From Robiginitomaculum sp. (lineage in GTDB: Bacteria > Pseudomonadota > Alphaproteobacteria > Caulobacterales > Maricaulaceae): a stretch of DNA of 64,000 bases. The stretch is taken from the NCBI GenBank assembly GCA_002733805.1, contig NVXG01000033.1:3666-67665 (forward strand). The letters are read 5' to 3'. Positions 29,502 through 39,044 of this stretch are shown here, piece by piece. The notes under the pieces were generated by a model. That model ran no database searches and was not told the DNA's origin. It was given only the letters and a program-made list of their open reading frames with translations. The translations under genes were made by a program, and so were the position numbers. The stretch's first letter is position 1. Each line of letters begins with the position of its first letter.

Positions 29502-30550
29502 AACTGCAATTCAGCTTGTTGTTGATTTGCCTGGGATTGGTGGCTTGTGGGGCCAATTTGGCCCACGAGGAAAACCAGCTATTTCTACCCATACCGGTTA
29601 GTAATAATGCGGTAACATTGGTCGGGGACACGGCCCTGTCATTTTCTGGGCTGTTGTCTGGCAAAAGCTGGAGCGATGTAACAGACCGGGCGTTTGCGTG
29701 CGATTTGGCGGCGCAAACTTGCCGGGAAATTGCTGGTTTGCCCGATGGGATCGGGCGCCTGGCTTCGGTCGCAGTTACCGTACAAGGCACACCTTATATT
29801 TTTGGCGGCTACACGGTGGACAAGGATGGCAACGAGGCATCAACACCTGATGTGTGGCGCTTTGATCTAGCCAATGAGAGCTATCATTCGATGGCCCCGA
29901 TGCCGGTGCCGGTCGATGACGGGGTGGCTTTGGTCTATGAGGATCGGTACGTGTTTTTGGTCTCGGGCTGGCACAATACGGACAATGTCGATCTGGTGCA
30001 GGTGCTGGATGTGCAGGGGAACCAATGGTTCACAGCAACCGCTTTTGCTGGCGATCCGGTGTTTGGCCACGCGGCGGCAATTGCGGGTAATGTCATGCTA
30101 GTTTGTGACGGGGTGAAAGTGGTGCCGCCGGTGGATGCGCAAGCAAGACGCACCTTTGAAGGCTCACCCGCCTGTTGGCGCGGCGAGATTGACGTGGGCG
30201 ATCTGACTCAGATCAATTGGCGGCAAGTTGGTTCCTTTGCCCCGGCCCATTACCGGATGGCGGCTGCGGCCCATGGCGGCAAAATCTGGTTGGCGGGTGG
30301 CACTGATAATCCGTATAATTATAACGGGTTGGGCTATGACGGTGTGCCATCCGAGGCTTCGGCGCATGTCTGGAATTATGATGTGGCCAAGGATCAATTT
30401 GCAATTGCGACAGACAAGCCCATGGCCAGTATGGACCATCGCCGCATGTTGGTGTGGAACGACAAATTTGTGATTCTGGGGGGCATGGGCGACGATCAAA
30501 CTGTAACCGACAAGGTACAGATGTTTCCCGTTCCCGCTGCTTCCAAGTAG
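29498..30550 (+). CDS. Kelch-repeat beta-propeller lipoprotein
   Basis: 350 aa with lipoprotein signal MKLQFSLLLICLGLVACG. Repeated GG(Y/T)...W.(F/Y)D blades (IFGGYTVD...VWRFD, WLAGGTDN...VWNYD, ILGGMGDD). Confidence 0.65.
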   Translation: MKLQFSLLLICLGLVACGANLAHEENQLFLPIPVSNNAVTLVGDTALSFSGLLSGKSWSDVTDRAFACDLAAQTCREIAGLPDGIGRLASVAVTVQGTPYIFGGYTVDKDGNEASTPDVWRFDLANESYHSMAPMPVPVDDGVALVYEDRYVFLVSGWHNTDNVDLVQVLDVQGNQWFTATAFAGDPVFGHAAAIAGNVMLVCDGVKVVPPVDAQARRTFEGSPACWRGEIDVGDLTQINWRQVGSFAPAHYRMAAAAHGGKIWLAGGTDNPYNYNGLGYDGVPSEASAHVWNYDVAKDQFAIATDKPMASMDHRRMLVWNDKFVILGGMGDDQTVTDKVQMFPVPAASK

Positions 30551-30552
30551 AG

Positions 30553-31548
30553 TTATTCGGACCGTAACGGTCGAGCCAGCAGGGCATGGATCGCCTTGTC
30601 TACGTCGAGTTGCCCGGCAATGATCGCAGCCACCGCTTCGGTGATCGGCATTTCCACATCCAGTTTGGCCGCCAATTCCACCATGGCTGGGGCCGAAGCC
30701 ACACCTTCGGTCACCGCGAGGCGACCGGATAGAATTTCGTTTAAGGGTTTGCCTTCACCCAGTGCCAGACCGCAACTCATATTGCGTGAGGTGGCCGACG
30801 AACAAGTCAGCACCAGATCACCCAGACCACATAATCCGCGCAAGGTTTCCGGGTTGGCTCCCAGCGCCAGTCCAAGTCGGACCATTTCGGCAAAGCCGCG
30901 CGTAATGAGGGCCGCATGGGCGCTCTGGCCCAGTTTGCGGCCCAAGACGATCCCGCAAGCAATGGCCAGCACGTTTTTGACCGCGCCGCCCACTTCGGCT
31001 CCGATCAGATCGTTGGCCAGATAGGGTCGAAACGATGGCGTGCCAATGGCCAGCATCAATTTTCGGCCCAATACCGCGTCTTTGCAAGCCAAGGTCACGG
31101 CGGCAGGCAGTCCAGCCGCCACGTCCACGGCAAAGCTCGGGCCAGACAATACGGCTGGCAAGGCTTGCGGCAGGGTTTCAGCCAGTATTTCGGTCATCAA
31201 TTTTCCGGTGCTCTGCTCGATGCCTTTTGAGCACAACAGCACAGGTTTGCCTTCTGGCAGGCATTTGCCGATCTCGGTAAACACCGACCGGGTATGTTGG
31301 GCCGGGATCACCGACAAAATTGCATCTGCGGACAAAGCAGCATCAAGATCGGTGCTGGCGGCGATGGTCGATTTTAAGGCAAATCCGGGCAGGAATAATT
31401 TGTTTTCATGGGTCTGGTTGATACTGTCCATGACTTCGGGTTCGCGCACCCACATCGTGACCTCACGTCCGGCCCGGGCGCAGGTCTGGGCCAATGCCGT
31501 GCCCCACGCGCCGCCACCCAAAATACCGATTTTTGCAAATTCACTCAT
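30553..31548 (-). CDS. gpsA: NAD(P)H-dependent glycerol-3-phosphate dehydrogenase
   Basis: 331 aa. Rossmann motif [18 protein letters not shown] and [13 protein letters not shown]. Confidence 0.92.
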   Translation of the reverse strand: MSEFAKIGILGGGAWGTALAQTCARAGREVTMWVREPEVMDSINQTHENKLFLPGFALKSTIAASTDLDAALSADAILSVIPAQHTRSVFTEIGKCLPEGKPVLLCSKGIEQSTGKLMTEILAETLPQALPAVLSGPSFAVDVAAGLPAAVTLACKDAVLGRKLMLAIGTPSFRPYLANDLIGAEVGGAVKNVLAIACGIVLGRKLGQSAHAALITRGFAEMVRLGLALGANPETLRGLCGLGDLVLTCSSATSRNMSCGLALGEGKPLNEILSGRLAVTEGVASAPAMVELAAKLDVEMPITEAVAAIIAGQLDVDKAIHALLARPLRSE

Positions 31549-32666
31549 GATTTCGGTCCTTTTTTTCCTGACCCGGAAACGGGTTGCCGCTGTGCTGCGC
31601 CTTCATCCAATGGCCATCTTGGCCGGGCGGCAACATCCAGTTGGCTGATTTGCCCCCGGATTAAGTGCTCGGCTCCAGCCAGTGCGATCATGGCCCCATT
31701 GTCTGTGCAATATCGTAATGGCGGGGCGACAAATGCAAACCCCTCTTTGTTGGCCAAAGCGGCTAGTCGCTGGCGGATCATTTGATTGGCTGCGACCCCG
31801 CCTGCTACAACCAAATGAGTGGCCCCGTGTTTTTCGGTAAAAAGCTGCATGGCTTTAGCGGTTTGCCGCGCCAGAATATCTGCGACCGTCCGTTGAAAAC
31901 TGGCGGCCAGATCGGCTTTGTCTTGTTGATCTGGATTTTCCAATCCTTGCCAGACCCGTTGCACAGCGCTTTTGAGGCCGGAGAATGAGAAATCACACCC
32001 AGGTCGACGCAATAAAGTACGCGGCAGATCAAACCGGTTTTGGTCGCTGGTTTTGGCACACGCTTCGACGGCTGGACCCCCCGGAAAGCCAAGGCCAAGA
32101 ATTTTGGCGGTTTTGTCAAAGGCTTCCCCGGCGGCATCATCGAGCGTTGAACCCAGCCGGTGATATTGGCCAAATGCCGCAACTTCGATCAATTGGGTAT
32201 GTCCGCCCGAAACCAGCAAGAGCAGGTAAGGAAAGGCAATATTGGTATCAAGCCGGGGGCTGATGGCGTGACCCTCCAAGTGATTGATCGCGATAAACGG
32301 CAGATCGCTACCCAGTGCAATGGCCTTGGCGCTCATCATGCCGACCAAAACGCCACCGATCAGTCCGGGGCCAGAGGTTGCCGCCACGGCGTCAAGTTCG
32401 GAAAGTTCCAGTTTGGCCTCGGTTAAGGCCTGTCGGATCAGATGATCCATGATCTCCACATGGGCCCGTGCGGCAATTTCCGGCACCACGCCACCAAACG
32501 GTGCGTGCTGGCTGTCCTGAGAGTGGATGCAATCGGACAAAATCTCGACTTGTCCGTGCCTGTGCAAACGCACAATGGCGGTGGCCGTATCATCACACGA
32601 GCTTTCCAGTCCCAACACGGTAACTGGCCAATTTGTTTGGCGCTGCACAGCGTTGGGTTCTTGCAT
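31545..32666 (-). CDS. tsaD: tRNA N6-adenosine threonylcarbamoyltransferase TsaD
   Basis: [17 protein letters not shown] and VSGGHT motifs. The track ORF (436 aa) is over-extended across the hemC start. I chose the ATG at track codon 64; 32693 is an alternative. Confidence 0.88.
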   Translation of the reverse strand: MQEPNAVQRQTNWPVTVLGLESSCDDTATAIVRLHRHGQVEILSDCIHSQDSQHAPFGGVVPEIAARAHVEIMDHLIRQALTEAKLELSELDAVAATSGPGLIGGVLVGMMSAKAIALGSDLPFIAINHLEGHAISPRLDTNIAFPYLLLLVSGGHTQLIEVAAFGQYHRLGSTLDDAAGEAFDKTAKILGLGFPGGPAVEACAKTSDQNRFDLPRTLLRRPGCDFSFSGLKSAVQRVWQGLENPDQQDKADLAASFQRTVADILARQTAKAMQLFTEKHGATHLVVAGGVAANQMIRQRLAALANKEGFAFVAPPLRYCTDNGAMIALAGAEHLIRGQISQLDVAARPRWPLDEGAAQRQPVSGSGKKGPKS

Positions 32667-32721
32667 ACCCTGGTGGTTTTGGTCTAGGTCCATGCCCGGC
32701 TGAATACCATCAGGATTTAAC

Positions 32722-33690
32722 ATGACGCAAGTTTTGCTCACACTCGGTTCGCGCGGATCACCGCTGGCCCTGGCCCAATCTAAAATGACCCGCGCTTTGC
32801 TGGCGGCGCTATTGGGCTTGAGTGAAGCCGAAGCTGAACAACAATTGCCGATCAAAACCTACACCACCACCGGCGATAAACTGCTGGATCATTCGCTGGT
32901 TGATGCGGGCGGCAAGGGTTTGTTCACCAGCGAGTTAGAGCAAGCCTTGGTGGCCGGTGAGATTGATCTGGCCGTGCACTCTATGAAGGATGTGCCGGTT
33001 AAAGCCCCGTCCGGGCTGGAAATGGTTGGCATGTTGCCGCGTGAAGATCCGCGTGAGGCTTTAATCGCCGGGCAAATATCTTCGCTGGCTGATTTGCCCA
33101 AAAATCCAGTGATCGGCACGGCCAGCGTGCGACGACAAGCCCAGGTGCTATCTTTGCGGCCCGATGCACAGATTGTCTTGCTGCGGGGTAATGTAGGTAC
33201 GCGGTTGCGGCGGTTGGCCGAGGGGCGGTTCGATGCGACCTTTTTGGCCTATGCTGGTTTGAAGCGGTTGGGGATGGCAGATGCGGCCAGCGCCGTATTG
33301 TCATTTGACGAAATGTTGCCCTCTCCAGCGCAAGGGGCGGTGGGCTTGCAAATTTGCCAACACGACGAACCTTCCCGCAAGCTGATATTGCCGATCTGTT
33401 GTGAAACCACGCAGGTTGAGCTGGCTGCCGAGCGGGCGTTTTTAGCGGCACTGGATGGTTCATGTCGTACACCGATTGCTGCTTTGGCCCGGATCGAAGC
33501 AGGAGAATTGCGCTTTGTTGGCGAAGTATATTTGCCGGATGGAAGTAAATTCTGGCGGCGTGAGGAACAATTGGATTTACCCAAAACAGCACCTTTAGCC
33601 GCATTGCTGCCCATTGCCAGCGCATTGGGTAAAGCCGCTGGTTTGTCGATTACTGAGGAGGCCGGTGATCTGATCCGGTTTGAAACATAA
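32722..33690 (+). CDS. hemC: hydroxymethylbilane synthase (porphobilinogen deaminase)
   Basis: 322 aa. LGSRGSPLALAQ, IDLAVHSMKDVP, LRGNVGTRL and LDGSCRTPI (cofactor Cys). Confidence 0.92.
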   Translation: MTQVLLTLGSRGSPLALAQSKMTRALLAALLGLSEAEAEQQLPIKTYTTTGDKLLDHSLVDAGGKGLFTSELEQALVAGEIDLAVHSMKDVPVKAPSGLEMVGMLPREDPREALIAGQISSLADLPKNPVIGTASVRRQAQVLSLRPDAQIVLLRGNVGTRLRRLAEGRFDATFLAYAGLKRLGMADAASAVLSFDEMLPSPAQGAVGLQICQHDEPSRKLILPICCETTQVELAAERAFLAALDGSCRTPIAALARIEAGELRFVGEVYLPDGSKFWRREEQLDLPKTAPLAALLPIASALGKAAGLSITEEAGDLIRFET

Positions 33691-34397
33691 TGCCGAATAT
33701 TTTGATCACTCGCACCCAACCGGGCGCTGACCGCTTGGCCAAACAATTGGAAGCCGATGGCTTTGCCTCGCTGGTTTGTCCACTATTGGTGGTCGAGCCA
33801 GTTTTGGCTCCATCCGATGAGGCAAAGGACGCACAAGGGTTTATCCTAACCTCTGCCGCTGCCATTGCCGCTTTGCCCGATCCGGCAATTGTGGCGGAGC
33901 GGCCGGTTTTTTGTGTGGGCGCTGAGACCGCGCGCCAAACCAGCCAAGCTGGATATCAAAATGTGACATCAGCCAAAGGTTCCGGTAAAAGCATGGCCCG
34001 GTTGATTGAAAAAGCCATCAAAGCGGATGGCGGGAAATTGCATTGGTGTCGCGGCGAAGTCGCCGACGAAACCTTGTTGCGCCACTTAAGTAAAGCCAGG
34101 TTTTTGGTGTCGCAACAAATTTGTTATCGCACGGTTTCGTTGTCGGCATTGCCGACGAATATTCGCAAAGCCTTGGCAAATGGAACCATTGACGCAGTGG
34201 TGTTTCACTCAAAGCGTGGGGCAGAGTGTTTTCGCCGGTTGAAGCCTGAACTGGCTGTGGAAGTTAAATTGTTGGCCTTTAGCGAACAAATTGCTGATGT
34301 GCTGCAACGGGCCGGGTGGTCGGAGGTCAGCATTGCCAAAAAACCCAATGAAGCCAGCATGATTGCGACATTGCGGCAGATGTTTTCGCTTTCTTAA
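33690..34397 (+). CDS. hemD: uroporphyrinogen-III synthase
   Basis: 235 aa. The start overlaps the hemC stop. ILITRTQPGADRLAKQLEADGF N-terminus is typical of HemD. Confidence 0.75.
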   Translation: MPNILITRTQPGADRLAKQLEADGFASLVCPLLVVEPVLAPSDEAKDAQGFILTSAAAIAALPDPAIVAERPVFCVGAETARQTSQAGYQNVTSAKGSGKSMARLIEKAIKADGGKLHWCRGEVADETLLRHLSKARFLVSQQICYRTVSLSALPTNIRKALANGTIDAVVFHSKRGAECFRRLKPELAVEVKLLAFSEQIADVLQRAGWSEVSIAKKPNEASMIATLRQMFSLS

Positions 34398-34448
34398 ATC
34401 CGTGACCTTGGGTAGATTTAGGTAAAACACCCTGTTGTGCGGAAATCT

Positions 34449-35684
34449 ATGACCAATAAAACAACAAAAACCGAAGATGTAATCGACGCTGAATTTGAGC
34501 CGGTGGTGGAAAATGTGCCGGAATCAGAGACGGCAACGTTGCCACGAAAGCGGGCGGCTTGGCCGTTGGTCTGGGCGTTGTTTATTTTGGCGACGATTCT
34601 AGGCGGCGCAATTGGCGTACTTGGCGGCCGGTTTATGGGAGATGGTGGCGCAGGTGATTTGCGTGAAACCAATGCCAAAATCAACGCCCTGCAAGCTGAA
34701 TTGGCGCAAATAACCGATCAGGTTCAGCAATCCCGCACGGCGTTCGAACAATTAATTGCCGAGGAAACCGCAGCGCGAAAACTGGAAATAAGCCAGATCG
34801 CCGCCGGGCTAACGGCGCTGGAGGCTTTGGGTGCATTGCCCAGCGAAGTTGAGTCGGCAAACATATCTGAGGCAACGCCGCCTGAAACGAGTATTGATCC
34901 GGCAATGGTGCAAGAATTGGCCGCGCTGGATGTTCGTTTGCGCCAGTTGGAATACCGCAATTGGCCCGAAGCCAATCCGGAACCGGTAGATGCTGGCCCG
35001 GTGGTGACCGTTCCAACAGTTGATCTTGCGCCGTTGCGGACCAGATTGACCCGGTTGGAAGAAACCGTATCGGCCTTGCCAGAGTTTTCCGATTTTGTAC
35101 TGCTTTCAGAATTACCGGATAATTCTTCCCTCGCCCAACGGATGAAAAAACTGGAAAACTCTACCTTGAGCCAAAGAGCTGGTGCGGCGCAACAAACTGC
35201 TTTGGTCGATCTAAAGCTGGCCGTGCAAGGCTCAGCGCCATTTGCCGTGGCCTTTGCTTCGGCTAAATTGCAATTTGCTGACCATGCGGGTTTGGCTGCT
35301 TTGGCCCCCATTGCCGGGCGCGGCGCGCCGACTTGGCCCGAGGTCAGTGCGTCTTTTTCAACTTTGATACCGGTGATTTTGCGGGCGGCTAAGGCTCCGG
35401 CGGAAAATGCTTCGCTGTTTTCAAAAGCCGGTGCAGCGATCACTGGACTAGTTTCGGTACGCCGGACAGATGGCAAAGGTGATGGGCTGGAAGCAAACTT
35501 AGCTCGGGCCGATCAGGCGTTGCAAACTGGTGATCCCGATCTAGCCATTGGCGTGGTTCAAGGCTTGAGTGGCACTGCAGTGGAAGCAGCGAAATCTTGG
35601 TTGCAAGGGGCGCAAGATCGCAAAACCATTTCCGAAGTTATGCACCAATTGAGCGCTGAGCTGGTTGAGGGAGACGCGCCATGA
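34449..35684 (+). CDS. alphaproteobacterial mitofilin/Mic60-like membrane protein (COG4223-type)
   Basis: One TM (WPLVWALFILATILGGAIGVLGG), a coiled-coil, and a C-terminal mitofilin-like block (DQALQTGDPDLAIGVVQGLSG...AKSWLQGAQDR). The position hemC-hemD-X-hemY-like matches reported alpha-Mic60 synteny. The track start is GTG; ATG is at codon 5. Confidence 0.55.
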   Translation: MTNKTTKTEDVIDAEFEPVVENVPESETATLPRKRAAWPLVWALFILATILGGAIGVLGGRFMGDGGAGDLRETNAKINALQAELAQITDQVQQSRTAFEQLIAEETAARKLEISQIAAGLTALEALGALPSEVESANISEATPPETSIDPAMVQELAALDVRLRQLEYRNWPEANPEPVDAGPVVTVPTVDLAPLRTRLTRLEETVSALPEFSDFVLLSELPDNSSLAQRMKKLENSTLSQRAGAAQQTALVDLKLAVQGSAPFAVAFASAKLQFADHAGLAALAPIAGRGAPTWPEVSASFSTLIPVILRAAKAPAENASLFSKAGAAITGLVSVRRTDGKGDGLEANLARADQALQTGDPDLAIGVVQGLSGTAVEAAKSWLQGAQDRKTISEVMHQLSAELVEGDAP

Positions 35685-37291
35685 TCCGTTTGGTATTTTT
35701 CTTCTTTTTGGCACTGGGCTTGGCCGCCGCTGGTTGGTGGTTGGCCAGCCAGACCGGGCAGATCGTAGTCGATGCCTTTGGCCGTGAAATATCCATGTCA
35801 CTGCCAGTTGGAATCGCCGGATTGTTATTGTTGACCCTTGGTCTGTTTTTGACCTGGCAGGGGACTGCGTGGGCGGTGAATCTGCCAGCAGCTTTGCGGA
35901 AAATGCGGGTGTTGTCGCGGCGTGAACGCGGGTATGACGCGCTGGAACGAGCCTTGATTGCTTCGGCCTCCGGCGACACCAAGGGTGCGCGCGCCCACGC
36001 CGAAAAGGTAAAAGCCTTGATGGACCGACCGGCTCTGGCCGGGTTGCTGGCGGCGCGCTCGGCGCAGGCCGATGGGGACATAATCGGGGCAGAACGTCAT
36101 TTTGAAGCTTTGCTCACCGACAAACGTACCCGGCTGGCAGCGCGGCGCGGCCTGACCGAAACTGCATTGCAACGCCACGACCACACCGCAGCGATTGCCC
36201 ATGCTAAGGACGCTTTTGCCACCGATCCCGGCGCAAAATGGGCGTTTGAAACCCTGTTTGACGCGCATGTTTCGACCCGAAATTGGGCCGAAGCACGCGA
36301 AACTCTGGATCGGGGTGCCAAGAAAAATCATGTGGGGAAACTGGCGGCAGCTCGTCGCCGGGCGGTGTTACTATCTGCGGAGGCATCTGCGGCCGAGATC
36401 GAAGGCGAGCTGGAAACAGCACGCTCTCTGGCTGAAAAGGCAGTATCGGCAGCCCCCGGCTTTGCGCCCGGCGCAGCCTTGGCTGCGCGCTTGCTGGTCG
36501 AAGCGGGCAAAAACTGGCGGGCGGCTGGCTTGCTGGAAGACGCTTGGGCCGGTGCGCCGCACCCGGCCTTGGCCTTAGCCTATCGCGACTTGAAAGAAGA
36601 TGAAACGCCCAAAGCCCGAGCCAAACGGATGAACGGGCTGGCCCAGATTAATGCCGATCATCGCGAGAGCATCATATTGCGGGTTGAAACGGCGTTGGAA
36701 GTGGGTGAACTTGCCGAAGCGCGCAGCCAATTGCAGGGTTTGATCGACACTGAAGGCCAGACTTCATCGCGGCTTTGCACGTTGATGGCACGGCTGGAAA
36801 AAGTTGCGGGCAATAAGACGCAAGCCAATAACTGGTTGCGTCAGTCCTTGGGTGCGTCTGATGAGCCGGATTGGTCTGATCTCGACCCAGAAGGCCCGGC
36901 CTTTGGTTATCGAGCCGAAGACTGGGCGCGTCTGGTTTACAGCTTTGGCGATGCAGGGGAGTTGATCCACCCCCGGCACGAACGCTTTGAACGAGTGGCC
37001 AGTGATGGCGCGGCCTTGCTGTTGGCTAATGAGAGCGAAGCCGAGATCGTGGTTGAAGCCGAAGCCGAAATTGAAGCTGAAACCAAAGAAGAAGTGACGG
37101 TTGAGGTGAAATCGAAGCCTAAAAAGCGAGCCAAGAAAAAGGCAAAGGCCAAGAAGAAAGAGCCGCCCAAGCTTCCCTTGAAATCAAAAATTAAAATGAT
37201 CGAGCCAGAACGACAACCAGACGATCCGGGGCCGGGCGCCAAAGCCGACCCAACCGACAGTGTTTTGAAGCGCAAGCGCAAGGTACACTAG
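35681..37291 (+). CDS. HemY_N/TPR membrane protein (HemY-like) with charged C-terminal tail
   Basis: 536 aa. Two N-terminal TMs then TPR-like repeats. The C-terminus has EAEAEIEAE followed by KPKKRAKKKAKAKKKEPPK. Confidence 0.7.
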   Translation: MIRLVFFFFLALGLAAAGWWLASQTGQIVVDAFGREISMSLPVGIAGLLLLTLGLFLTWQGTAWAVNLPAALRKMRVLSRRERGYDALERALIASASGDTKGARAHAEKVKALMDRPALAGLLAARSAQADGDIIGAERHFEALLTDKRTRLAARRGLTETALQRHDHTAAIAHAKDAFATDPGAKWAFETLFDAHVSTRNWAEARETLDRGAKKNHVGKLAAARRRAVLLSAEASAAEIEGELETARSLAEKAVSAAPGFAPGAALAARLLVEAGKNWRAAGLLEDAWAGAPHPALALAYRDLKEDETPKARAKRMNGLAQINADHRESIILRVETALEVGELAEARSQLQGLIDTEGQTSSRLCTLMARLEKVAGNKTQANNWLRQSLGASDEPDWSDLDPEGPAFGYRAEDWARLVYSFGDAGELIHPRHERFERVASDGAALLLANESEAEIVVEAEAEIEAETKEEVTVEVKSKPKKRAKKKAKAKKKEPPKLPLKSKIKMIEPERQPDDPGPGAKADPTDSVLKRKRKVH

Positions 37292-37327
37292 GGTCTTGCG
37301 GATAACGTTGGCTGTTTATTCGATAGC

Positions 37328-37990
37328 CTATGTTGTTGCTGTTTTACTTTGTACACGTGACATAATCGCTAAAGGGCGTTCGTCAGGATCGTTGAAAAAT
37401 GCCATCCACTCTTCCGTGCCATTTGCATGAGTATGAATTTTATGTGGGGCATTTAGAAAGACTACGCCACTGGATTTCATCTTGGCACAAGCCGCTTGAA
37501 TATCTTCAACTTGAAAGTAAATGATGGATTCCGAAGAGAGATCATCTTCCGTTTCTTGCAAAAGTATTCGCACGCCTTGGCATTCAAAAAATGCCATATC
37601 ACCAAAAGAAAAAAGCTCTTTCAACCCCAAAACCTCGACGTACCATTTGCATGTAACGCTGATATTTTTAACGTTTCTGGAGATTTGCCCGATCTGTATA
37701 AAGAGCGCTTTCTCATCTTTTGTATCCTTGATGTTCAATATAGATTCTCCTGTTAATAAGACGCTGTCGCGTGCGATGCCCGCCCAGTTACGCAACTGCT
37801 TGCGGTTCGACAGGTTTAGTTTTTGTAAAATATTGGTGACGTGATATTTTACGGCATCAATGCTTATGCCTCGTTTCCTGGCGATCTCACGACTCGTCAT
37901 GCCATGACGAATGGCGTTAACAATTCGCCACTCACCCGGTGTCAAAATATCATCGTGTCGAGGCCGTCCCTGTTTTTTTGTCTCTGGCAT
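37328..37990 (-). CDS. LuxR-type HTH fused to VOC/glyoxalase-like domain
   Basis: 220 aa. N-terminal LTPGEWRIVNAIRHGMTSREIARKRGISIDAVKYHVTNILQKL is a LuxR/GerE HTH. The C-terminal half has a VOC pattern (WYVEVLGLKE...IIYFQVEDI...FFNDPDERPLAIMS). Low GC: 22/60 in line 37561-37620. Confidence 0.75.
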   Translation of the reverse strand: MPETKKQGRPRHDDILTPGEWRIVNAIRHGMTSREIARKRGISIDAVKYHVTNILQKLNLSNRKQLRNWAGIARDSVLLTGESILNIKDTKDEKALFIQIGQISRNVKNISVTCKWYVEVLGLKELFSFGDMAFFECQGVRILLQETEDDLSSESIIYFQVEDIQAACAKMKSSGVVFLNAPHKIHTHANGTEEWMAFFNDPDERPLAIMSRVQSKTATT

Positions 37991-38165
37991 AGACAGGTTG
38001 TAGCCTAGGTGAATGCGGTTTTCCCTACCCCAAAATCGAAAAACAGGTATTTCATACCTTTGCGACTGGTTGGACTAGACAATAAACCGCCCATTTTGCA
38101 TGAAAACCTGCGAAGTCCGGCTGATAATTGACTTATGAATTGGTCGATGATTAAAAGCCAACTAT

Positions 38166-38241
38166 GCCGCATTAGCTCAGTTGGTAGAGCACATCATTCG
38201 TAATGATGGGGTCAGGTGTTCAAATCACCTATGCGGCACCA
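38166..38241 (+). tRNA. tRNA-Thr (anticodon CGT), CCA encoded
   Basis: Cloverleaf read by eye. Acceptor GCCGCAT/ATGCGGC, D-arm AGCTCAGTTGGTAGAGC, anticodon stem CATCA/TGATG with loop TTCGTAA, and T-arm AGGTGTTCAAATCACCT. Discriminator A followed by CCA. Confidence 0.9.
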
Positions 38242-38376
38242 TTTTTGCTTGTCCTATCGCGATGCTGACGCTCGCTACTTGAGGACGGTTACCGATCTTC
38301 TCTACCTTGAGATGCTGCAAAGCAGCCTCGAACTGTGCGCTACGAGTTTATTATCTTACTCTGTCATTCCCCCAAT

Positions 38377-38415
38377 AAAAAACCCCGCGCTGAATTACCA
38401 GCGCGAGGTTTCTAT
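38377..38415. terminator. bidirectional rho-independent terminator
   Basis: 7-bp GC stem CGCGCTG (38386-92) / CAGCGCG (38399-405) with a 6-nt loop. It is flanked by an A-run (T-run on the minus strand) and TTTCTATTTT on the plus strand. It sits between the tRNA-Thr 3' end and the stop of the 38435..38749 gene. Confidence 0.6.
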
Positions 38416-38434
38416 TTTCGAGTTGCTGATCCGG

Positions 38435-38749
38435 TTACGGCTTCAGGCGTTCTACTGTGGTTTTCATGATTGCGGTCAATGACGCAGCAGCCAATACGGC
38501 AGCATAATTGCCGAAGATCGCATTTAAGTATTCGCCTACTGCTGGGATTGCGCCCCAAGCAGATGCGCCACCGGCCATCAGTAAAAAGACAGCAGCCATG
38601 ATCAGGCCGTGGCGATGATCTGCGTCAACAAACCAGCCAGAAACCAGACCAAGTATGGCCAGTAAAGCTGCGGCCATTGGAAAACTGGCAAATGCGAAGA
38701 CGACTGCAGCAAGGAAACTGACAATCCAGAGAATTTTTGCTATAGACAT
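38435..38749 (-). CDS. small integral membrane protein (104 aa, 3-4 TM)
   Basis: Hydrophobic throughout (ILWIVSFLAAVVFAF, ALLAILGLVSGWF, IMAAVFLLMAGG, AAVLAAASLTAI). GGGGGAG SD-like sequence upstream of ATG 38749, with a terminator downstream. Confidence 0.55.
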   Translation of the reverse strand: MSIAKILWIVSFLAAVVFAFASFPMAAALLAILGLVSGWFVDADHRHGLIMAAVFLLMAGGASAWGAIPAVGEYLNAIFGNYAAVLAAASLTAIMKTTVERLKP

Positions 38750-38781
38750 GAGATTACTCCCCCTAGGTTGATAAAACTCGT

Positions 38782-38802
38782 ATGCATGTATTGTTCATGC
38801 AT
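38782..38802. promoter_or_regulatory. perfect palindrome ATGCATG-N7-CATGCAT in an AT-rich leader
   Basis: Read directly from the sequence, 33-53 nt upstream of the 38749 start codon. Candidate operator or 5'-UTR hairpin. Confidence 0.2.
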
Positions 38803-39044
38803 TACTGTGTCGACCCAAGGTTGATTTCCCCTCAAAGGCAAGCAAAAAAGAGAAATGTTTCGTGAGAAGCATATTAGTTATTGCTAATGTAAAGTTGAAT
38901 ACCTAAAGGTAAAAATTCTATATTTCATCAGTATCAAGCTGAAATCATTACCGAATTTTCAGTGAGGATCAGAGAGGGTTGTTTCTCGCAAAGCCCCGGT
39001 TTGCCTTGAAAGTTTTTGCCAGTATTTTCAAAAAACATCGAAAA

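Noticed and set aside
34724-36331. Long antisense ORFs (250, 147 and 168 aa) over the mic60-like and hemY-like genes
   Set aside because: These are GC-rich shadow frames. The sense ORFs have TM segments, coiled-coil/TPR patterns and conserved synteny.
38166-39044. Classical tRNA-Thr-targeted integrative island
   Set aside because: There is no integrase or excisionase. I found no duplicate of the tRNA 3' end (…caaatcacctatgcggcacca) downstream by eye. The clearest low-GC gene lies on the 5' side of the tRNA. I retained it only as a compositional anomaly.
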